Shown in pieces: positions 45,061 through 51,889 of a stretch of 64,000 nucleotides of DNA. The stretch comes from a bacterium (GTDB lineage Bacteria > Patescibacteriota > Minisyncoccia > Phycocordibacterales > UBA5272), in contig JAHFNB010000003.1 in the NCBI GenBank assembly GCA_023267595.1, positions 2,165 to 66,164 on the forward strand, read 5' to 3'. Within the stretch, counting starts at the first letter, position 1. The number at the start of each line of letters is the position of its first letter. A program made the translations under genes and the position numbers. Under the pieces are notes generated by a model, which made no database searches, had not been told where the DNA came from, and worked only from the letters and a program-made list of their open reading frames with translations.

Positions 45061-45180
45061 AATAAAAAAATGGCGAGACTGAAGAGTTACAGTCTCGCCG
45101 AAACATACACTCGCCCAGGGAGAAGAGGCGAGCCACATGGAGAGCCTCGCAACTCCCATATGTATCTCACACAGTAAACC
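45061..45180 (-). promoter_or_regulatory. GC-rich structured element with a minus-strand intrinsic terminator and alternative pairings; candidate attenuator/leader or sRNA upstream of rpmA
   Basis: Perfect 10-bp hairpin ggcgagactg/cagtctcgcc at 45072-45099, followed on the minus strand by UUUUUUUAUU. GGCGAG and CTCGCC each recur three times, allowing mutually exclusive helices. Confidence 0.35.
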
Positions 45181-45386
45181 AAAAATATTATTTTGTCAAG
45201 TGTTTTTATCCACTGTTTTTCTCTAGTCTTGTATAGACTTTAAAGATTTTTAACTCTACACTTAAAATATATGGCAAAAGAAACAAAAACATATAGAAAA
45301 GAAAAGAAGAAACCAAAAAAGGTTCGATAGTTACATTACAAAAAAACTGACTAAGTGATGGTCAGTTTTTTGTTATACTATAAGTT

Positions 45387-45986
45387 ATGATTCTCACTCC
45401 TCGTCTTCACCATGCTATTAAATTGGCTTCGCATTTACATCGTTTTCAAACAAGAAAAGATGTGAACTTAACTCCCTACATTAGTCATTTAATTTCTGTA
45501 TCAATTATAGTATCTAGTATTACTGATGATGAAGATATAATTATTGCAGGACTCATGCACGACTCACTTGAAGATGTCCCAAATTACACATTTGATATGT
45601 TGGTACGTGATTGTGGTATACGTGTAGCAGAAATCGTAAAGCACGTTACAGAACCACTGGATGGAAATAAATCAAAAGATGATCAATTTCCTTGGTTACA
45701 AAGGAAAGAAGCATACTTACATGTCTTAAAAACTGGAGGAATAGAAAGTGCACTTGTTTCTGCAGCCGATAAAATACATAATACTCAATCTTTTTTACAG
45801 GATATACAAGAAGATAAAGAAACATTTTTAAAACGCTTCAAATCTAGTACAAAAAATAAAATCTGGTTTAATGAACAAGTACTTCTAATCCTAGAGGAAA
45901 AATTAGATAAAGACCATACACTAGTTAAGCAATTGAAAGAATGCACTGAGCAATTCAAGAATCTATTAAACGAAAATGAAAAATAA
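45387..45986 (+). CDS. HD-domain phosphohydrolase (SpoT/RelA-type (p)ppGpp hydrolase-like)
   Basis: His...HD pattern (HLISVSIIV...AGLMHDSLED) and a later D (VSAADKIHN), as in small alarmone hydrolases. Confidence 0.6.
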   Translation: MILTPRLHHAIKLASHLHRFQTRKDVNLTPYISHLISVSIIVSSITDDEDIIIAGLMHDSLEDVPNYTFDMLVRDCGIRVAEIVKHVTEPLDGNKSKDDQFPWLQRKEAYLHVLKTGGIESALVSAADKIHNTQSFLQDIQEDKETFLKRFKSSTKNKIWFNEQVLLILEEKLDKDHTLVKQLKECTEQFKNLLNENEK

Positions 45987-48900
45987 TAATATCTCCACAT
46001 TTGAAGAACGATATAAAAATCTTAACAAAGAGCAGAAACATGCTGTAGACACTACAGATGGTCCAGTTATGGTCATAGCAGGCCCTGGAAGTGGGAAAAC
46101 AGAACTCTTGTCACTTCGTGTAGGAAATATCTTGAAACGAGGTACTGCACGACCATCAAATATATTATTACTTACCTTTACTGACACAGCAGCCGCAAAT
46201 ATGCGAGAACGTCTCGAATCTCTCATTGGTACAGATGCATATCGTGTTGCTATTTATACCTTCCATTCATTTTGTACAGATATTATTGGACGATACCCTG
46301 AATATTTTTTTGAAAATGCACACTTTAAACCTGCAAGTGATCTTATTCAAAGTGAAATAGTAGAAAGAATATTCAAAAATCTTCCTCATAAACATATTCT
46401 TGGTGGATATCACCCTGAACGAGGGTATGCATATCTCTATACTACTCAAAAAAAGATACAAGATATTAAAAAAGGAGGTCTTAGCCCATTACGATTTAAG
46501 GAATTATTAGAAGAAAATACAAAAGCATTGGAATTTCTTAATCCAATTCTTGCAAAATATCTTCCAGAACGTATTGGGAAAGATTCTTTGTCTTCATTTG
46601 AAAAACTTAGACAGGAATGCAAGAAAACAAATACAAGCCTAGGAAATGCATATGCACACACCATAGAAGAAACCTATAAAGAATGTGAAAAAACTGGAAA
46701 AACTACTCCATTTTCAACATGGAAAAGTGACTATACCGGAAAAGATGATAACGGGAAACGAGTCTTTAAAGATGCTTTAATGCTACCAAAGTTATATGCT
46801 CTTGCAGATATTTATGAGATGTATCAAGATGCACTTCATAAAGATGGCTATTTTGACTATGAAGACATGGTTCTTGAGGTAGTGTACGCGCTTGAAAAAC
46901 ATGTAACACTTCGCACAGAATTAGAAGAAATGTATCACTATATTATGGTAGATGAGTTCCAAGATACTAACAATGCTCAACTCTCATTAGTAAAAGCAAT
47001 ATCAAGCAACAAAGTACATGAAGGCAGGCCTAATGTATGTGTTGTAGGAGATGATGACCAAACCATCTATAAGTTTCAGGGTGCAGAAATAACAAACATT
47101 CACATGTTTAAAGAACTCTATAAAGATGTAGAAACGATCGTACTTACAGAGAACTACCGATCAACACAAAAGGTGCTTGATTTTGCGCGTAGCATTGTCC
47201 TTCAAGGAGTTAACCGTCTAGAAAATAGAGAGAAAATACGTAAAGACCTCGTTGCAAAAAATACAAAGTTAGAAAAAGGAAATATTCACGTACATTCTTT
47301 TACAAGTATTGAGGAGGAGTGTGCGTATATTGCACAAGAAGTAAAAACATTACTAGATAAAAAAGTTCCTGCACGAGAAATTGCTTTCATTGCTAGAAAA
47401 CATGATCAACTTATTACACTTCTCCCATATCTAGATGTACTTCATGTGCCTTATACCTACACACGAAAAGAAAATGTATTTGATGAACCACATGTACAAG
47501 AACTGATTATTCTCTGTAGATTTTTGGCAACCGTTGGAGACACATCATTAGAGCGAGATGATCTATTACCCCAAATACTTGCATTTCCATTTTGGAATAT
47601 TGACCGTATTGATATTTGGCGTATTGCAGAGTATGCAAAAAAAGAAAATATCTCGTGGTTATCTGCGATGCAAGTATCGGGTAATTCTTATATACAAGAA
47701 CTATCTCATTTCCTAATAGAATTAGGCATACTATCTCAAACATCTCCCCTTGAAATTATTCTTGATATGTTGATTGGAAGTAAAGAGATACCACTTACAA
47801 AAGAAAGCGAACATGATGATGATACACCGTACCTGTTTCCTTTACATCTTACAACGACATTTACTTCTCCTTATAAAGAATATTACTTTGGGAAAAATGC
47901 TTTAAAAGAAAATCCTAGTGCATACATAAACTTTCTCTCATCACTACGAGTCTTTATACAAGCATTACGAAACTACAAAGAAGGTGAATTACTACGAACT
48001 CATGATGTAGGGGCCTTTGTAGATCTGTACACTGATTACAATATACCACTTACCAATGACACTGTATTTGCGCATGATGAGAATTCTGTATCATTACTCA
48101 CATCACATGGTGCAAAAGGACTTGAATTTGCATACGTCTTTATCATTGGTGTTAACGACACAATATGGGCGGGGAAAAAGAGGGCTCAGTCACTTAATTT
48201 TCCGAGTAACCTTCCACTTGGTCCTGCAGGAGATACAGAAGATGACTTTATCCGACTTTTTTATGTAGCCCTTACTCGTGCGCGTCACACACTGTATATT
48301 ACTCACCACAACAGTCCATTTCGATTCTTATCTTCAACTGATATAGAAACTACTTCTCCAATGAGTCTAGAGAAAGAACTACTTACTAAAGGATTGCAGG
48401 TTTATCACATTCCACCATTTGCTCATGATGAAAAAGCATTATTGCAAAAAGTTGTAGAAAATTATATGTTATCACCTACACATTTAAACAATTTCCTTGA
48501 TATCACAAAAGGTGGACCACTTCTTTTTTTGGAACAAAATCTCTTACGATTTCCTCAAGCAAAAACAAGTAGTAGTGTGTATGGTAGTGCAATACATAAA
48601 GCATTAGAAGATACACATATTCTTACGCGTAAACATAATAAAGTACCTTCTCTTACCACTATCATAGATATTTTTGAAAAAGAATTACACAAAGGAAGAC
48701 TATTAGACTTTGAAGAAAAGAAATTACGTGAGAGAGGAGAAAAAATCCTTACTCGTTACTATGAACTTAAAAAAGATACCATACATGGGAAAGATTCAGT
48801 AGAACTCAATTTCAATAAACAATCTGTCATGATAGAGGGCGCATTACTTACAGGGAAAATTGACCAAATACAAGAAGATAGTAATGGTAACTGGACAGTA

Positions 48901-49281
48901 ATTGATTTAAAAACAGGAAAAGGAGTAGATGGATGGGATGCGTCAAAACTTTCATCATATGAAGAAATCAAACTGCACAATTATCGTCATCAACTGATGA
49001 TGTATAAGATCCTTGTAGAACATTCAAGGGACTATCATACGCACACGGTTATAAAAGGAATACTAGAGTTTGTCGAAGAAGAATCAGATGGGAAGATTCA
49101 AGAAATTTCTCTTTCATTTGATGATAAAGATACGAAGTATGAATTGGAAAAATTTAAAAAATTACTTGTTGCTGTGTATACAAAAATTGTCACTTTGGAT
49201 TTTCCAGATACTTCAGAATACAAACAATCAATAGATGGTATAAAAGAGTTTGAAGAAGATTTAATACAAGGGGTAATATAA
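45976..49281 (+). CDS. AddA/RecB-like ATP-dependent helicase-nuclease (UvrD-family SF1 helicase with C-terminal PD-(D/E)XK nuclease)
   Basis: GPGSGKT Walker A, DEFQDTN, TENYRST helicase motifs. C-terminal GKIDQIQEDSNGNWTVIDLKTGK and YRHQLMMY (RecB nuclease motifs). Overlaps the HD gene by 11 nt. Confidence 0.75.
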   Translation: MKNNNISTFEERYKNLNKEQKHAVDTTDGPVMVIAGPGSGKTELLSLRVGNILKRGTARPSNILLLTFTDTAAANMRERLESLIGTDAYRVAIYTFHSFCTDIIGRYPEYFFENAHFKPASDLIQSEIVERIFKNLPHKHILGGYHPERGYAYLYTTQKKIQDIKKGGLSPLRFKELLEENTKALEFLNPILAKYLPERIGKDSLSSFEKLRQECKKTNTSLGNAYAHTIEETYKECEKTGKTTPFSTWKSDYTGKDDNGKRVFKDALMLPKLYALADIYEMYQDALHKDGYFDYEDMVLEVVYALEKHVTLRTELEEMYHYIMVDEFQDTNNAQLSLVKAISSNKVHEGRPNVCVVGDDDQTIYKFQGAEITNIHMFKELYKDVETIVLTENYRSTQKVLDFARSIVLQGVNRLENREKIRKDLVAKNTKLEKGNIHVHSFTSIEEECAYIAQEVKTLLDKKVPAREIAFIARKHDQLITLLPYLDVLHVPYTYTRKENVFDEPHVQELIILCRFLATVGDTSLERDDLLPQILAFPFWNIDRIDIWRIAEYAKKENISWLSAMQVSGNSYIQELSHFLIELGILSQTSPLEIILDMLIGSKEIPLTKESEHDDDTPYLFPLHLTTTFTSPYKEYYFGKNALKENPSAYINFLSSLRVFIQALRNYKEGELLRTHDVGAFVDLYTDYNIPLTNDTVFAHDENSVSLLTSHGAKGLEFAYVFIIGVNDTIWAGKKRAQSLNFPSNLPLGPAGDTEDDFIRLFYVALTRARHTLYITHHNSPFRFLSSTDIETTSPMSLEKELLTKGLQVYHIPPFAHDEKALLQKVVENYMLSPTHLNNFLDITKGGPLLFLEQNLLRFPQAKTSSSVYGSAIHKALEDTHILTRKHNKVPSLTTIIDIFEKELHKGRLLDFEEKKLRERGEKILTRYYELKKDTIHGKDSVELNFNKQSVMIEGALLTGKIDQIQEDSNGNWTVIDLKTGKGVDGWDASKLSSYEEIKLHNYRHQLMMYKILVEHSRDYHTHTVIKGILEFVEEESDGKIQEISLSFDDKDTKYELEKFKKLLVAVYTKIVTLDFPDTSEYKQSIDGIKEFEEDLIQGVI

Positions 49282-49371
49282 ACAAAAGTTCTCTTGACGA
49301 CTTTTACTGTAAGTGGTAGTTTTACATAAATAGTTGTTTTCTGTAGGCCAACTTTTGGAGGAGGAAGCATT

Positions 49372-49758
49372 ATGCACGAAGGAGGAAGGATGGAACCGAC
49401 CTCGAGGGAATATTTCTTTGCCCACTCGAGAGATGAGATTTTCATACATCTCTTGGATGCACAAAAGAAATTTTTTCCGATGGGAAGAGTGAAGCAAAGT
49501 TTTCCCATAAACATTTTTTCTTCAAACCCATTTCCCGATTCTCGGGAGGAATGGTTTGGGGTCAGGATCGAAATTCCGAAAGAAGTCATGAGGAAGAAAT
49601 ACTTTCTCTTCGGAAATCTTGTTCCTGTCATTATCTGGGATCCTGTAGTCACTGTACAATCGCGCCCGTATCCCGAGCAAGGTCTCGTACTGTACACGAG
49701 AAATGAAGGTAAAAACCTTGAAGAGAAAATCCGAAAAATGACAGGGATACAATACTGA
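49372..49758 (+). CDS. Hypothetical protein inside an unusually long, GC-richer spacer
   Basis: GGAGG Shine-Dalgarno 7 nt upstream of ATG. 128 aa. Followed 28 nt later by a hairpin terminator. No family recognised. Confidence 0.3.
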   Translation: MHEGGRMEPTSREYFFAHSRDEIFIHLLDAQKKFFPMGRVKQSFPINIFSSNPFPDSREEWFGVRIEIPKEVMRKKYFLFGNLVPVIIWDPVVTVQSRPYPEQGLVLYTRNEGKNLEEKIRKMTGIQY

Positions 49759-49785
49759 TGAAAGAATCATTCCAGATGCCGCACA

Positions 49786-49820
49786 ACGCAAGTTATGTGC
49801 GGCATTCTCTATTCTAGTGT
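49786..49820 (+). terminator. Intrinsic terminator (10-bp stem)
   Basis: atgccgcaca-acgcaagtt-atgtgcggcat, then TCTCTATT. Confidence 0.55.
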
Positions 49821-49846
49821 GATAACGTATACTAACTATCAATACT

Positions 49847-50728
49847 ATGGGAGATAAATATACTGCTGTTTGGGTATCACATTCATCAATGGGAGATTTT
49901 CTTAAATGTCCTAGACTTTACTATTTACACAATATGTACAAAGACAAGAAAACAGGGCACAAAATAACTATTGTGAATCCTCATATGGCGCTTGGTGTTG
50001 CAGTACATGAAGTATTGGAATCTCTGGGTGATTATCCTGCACATGAACGTATGAAGCAGGATTTACGCGCAGATTTTGAAGAAGCATGGAAAAAAGTAAG
50101 TGGAAAACTAGGAGGGTTCATCACAGATACTGAAGAACAGGAGTTTAAAGAGCGTGGCATAAAAATGTTGGAAAATGTACAAAAGGATCCAAAGTTTCTC
50201 ATTAATAAACGTATCAAACTTCCACGCGAAACTATGAATCCAAACTTTTTTTTAAGTGAAGATCATAATATTATCTTAAATGGTCTAGTGGACTGGATAG
50301 AATATTTACCCGATGACACATTACATATCATTGATTTTAAAACAGGAAAGAAAGAGGAAAGTGATTCATCTCTACAACTTCCTATCTATTTACTGCTCTG
50401 TAATGCATTACAAAAAAGAAAAGTGACAAAAGCCAGTTATTGGTATTTAGAATCAGGAAATGTAGTAGAAAAAGAATTACCTGATGCAGAGACTGCGTAC
50501 AGAGACGTCATGGATGTGGCACTCAAAGTAAAGGAGGCACGTAAGTTAGCAAAAAGGGATGGAGAAGATAAAGTATTTATTTGTCCAAAAGGTGCCTATG
50601 ATCCAATAACGAAAGAAGGTGGATGTTTTAACTGTATTCCTTATGAAAAGATTCTAACAGGGGATGAAAGTGTAGAATTTGTAGGAACAGGAGGATTCAA
50701 TCAGGATATGTATATGGTAAAGAAATAA
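49847..50728 (+). CDS. Cas4/AddB-type PD-(D/E)XK nuclease with Fe-S cluster cysteines (short AddB-like partner of the helicase-nuclease)
   Basis: N-terminal Cys (LKCPRLYYL). HIIDFKTGKKEE plus QLPIYLLL (nuclease D/E-K and QxxxY). C-terminal CPKG...GGCFNC cysteine triad. Confidence 0.6.
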   Translation: MGDKYTAVWVSHSSMGDFLKCPRLYYLHNMYKDKKTGHKITIVNPHMALGVAVHEVLESLGDYPAHERMKQDLRADFEEAWKKVSGKLGGFITDTEEQEFKERGIKMLENVQKDPKFLINKRIKLPRETMNPNFFLSEDHNIILNGLVDWIEYLPDDTLHIIDFKTGKKEESDSSLQLPIYLLLCNALQKRKVTKASYWYLESGNVVEKELPDAETAYRDVMDVALKVKEARKLAKRDGEDKVFICPKGAYDPITKEGGCFNCIPYEKILTGDESVEFVGTGGFNQDMYMVKK

Positions 50729-50792
50729 GGCTTTTGCGGAATACTGTCTAAAATAGAGACTATCATATTTACTTTTAGTTATCCACTTGTAG

Positions 50793-50810
50793 TAGAACAA
50801 ATGTTCTACT
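50793..50810. promoter_or_regulatory. LexA (SOS) box of the Gram-positive GAAC-N4-GTTC type, overlapping the lexA start region
   Basis: gtAGAACaaatGTTCTac is a perfect palindrome. Confidence 0.6.
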
Positions 50811-50821
50811 ACACTGTAGAT

Positions 50822-51385
50822 ATGGATGATAGAGAAAAAATAATCACATATTTTGCTACACATGAGAGAATGCCAACTTATGAAGAAATGAAAAAGGTTT
50901 TTGGAGTTGCTTCCAAAAATACTGTTTCTTACAAAGTAGAAAAATTAATCGAGGAAGGAATAGTCAAGAAAGAAGGACGCAGGTTATCTATGGTATCTAC
51001 TGGTACCATAATGAAACTAGGAACTGTACAAGCAGGATTCCCATCACCTGCGGAGCATTCTGAAATGGATCTCATTTCACTGGATAAAATGCTCATACGA
51101 AAGAGGACGCCAACGTACATGATAGAAGTGGTAGGTGAATCTATGAAGGATGCAGGAATATTTGCAGGAGATTTTGTCCTCGTAGAACGTGGAAGAAAAC
51201 CGCTTGTTGGAGAAATAGTACTTGCTCTTGTAGAAACTGAATACACCCTCAAATATTTCCAAGTAGAAAAGGGGAAACCTGTTCTTGTTCCTGCTAATAA
51301 AGCCTTTAAAAAAATATATCCAGACCCTGAAAAATTACGCATAGAAGCAGTACTCACTGCAGTTATCAGAAAATATTACAGATAG
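50822..51385 (+). CDS. lexA: LexA repressor (S24 peptidase). The track ORF starts at 50801 inside the SOS box.
   Basis: Winged-HTH N-domain. C-terminal S24 fold with GESMKDAG (Ser nucleophile) and ...LKYFQ... Lys region. Confidence 0.75.
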   Translation: MDDREKIITYFATHERMPTYEEMKKVFGVASKNTVSYKVEKLIEEGIVKKEGRRLSMVSTGTIMKLGTVQAGFPSPAEHSEMDLISLDKMLIRKRTPTYMIEVVGESMKDAGIFAGDFVLVERGRKPLVGEIVLALVETEYTLKYFQVEKGKPVLVPANKAFKKIYPDPEKLRIEAVLTAVIRKYYR

Positions 51386-51401
51386 GTATATACTGCATGT
51401 A

Positions 51402-51839
51402 ATGGAAGAATATACATCAAAAAAGAAGCAATTATACCTTGTGAGTTTCTTCCTCATACTTCTTGCTTTTATCATTGGATGGACATTTTCAAAAAATTCT
51501 CACACAACCAAAATTACCAACCCAGAAGAAATAGAACAGTATGTTGGGGATATTTATAAAAATATGAATTCTGACTTGTACGCATCAATAGATGATAAAA
51601 AATTTGTACAATTTGCAACTACTACTATAGAAAAGAAATGTCCATTTTATAAGCCAGATGGCATAACGTATAGAGCATGTTTATCTGACTGGGAACAAGA
51701 ATTAGAAGGGAAAAATCTTGTAGAACAAAATGATGAAATACATGCATATTGTTCGACTTTTACCCAAAAATATACTGACGAAACATCACTTGCAGGACAA
51801 GAACTATTCTTAAAATGTGCAATTTATAAATCGCAATAA
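51402..51839 (+). CDS. Hypothetical membrane-anchored protein
   Basis: N-terminal TM helix. Cys-containing ectodomain. Confidence 0.4.
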   Translation: MEEYTSKKKQLYLVSFFLILLAFIIGWTFSKNSHTTKITNPEEIEQYVGDIYKNMNSDLYASIDDKKFVQFATTTIEKKCPFYKPDGITYRACLSDWEQELEGKNLVEQNDEIHAYCSTFTQKYTDETSLAGQELFLKCAIYKSQ

Positions 51840-51889
51840 ACAGGGGAAAAATATCCTAGAACAAAGATGATACGTAGTATACTTATACT

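Noticed and set aside
49098-49842. Minus-strand ORFs 49098..49697 (199 aa), 49261..49497 and 49522..49842
   Set aside because: They overlap the 3' end of the addA-like gene or the plus-strand RBS-preceded ORF. They have no start context. The elevated GC content keeps random frames open.
49282-49846. Possibility that the GC-rich 565-bp spacer is RNase P RNA or tmRNA
   Set aside because: No P4 helix strands (GGAAAGUCCGG / ACAGAACCCGGCUUA) and no tmRNA ends (GGGG...GGUUCGA-like T-arm plus tag ORF) were found on either strand. It is better explained by an RBS-preceded ORF plus terminator.
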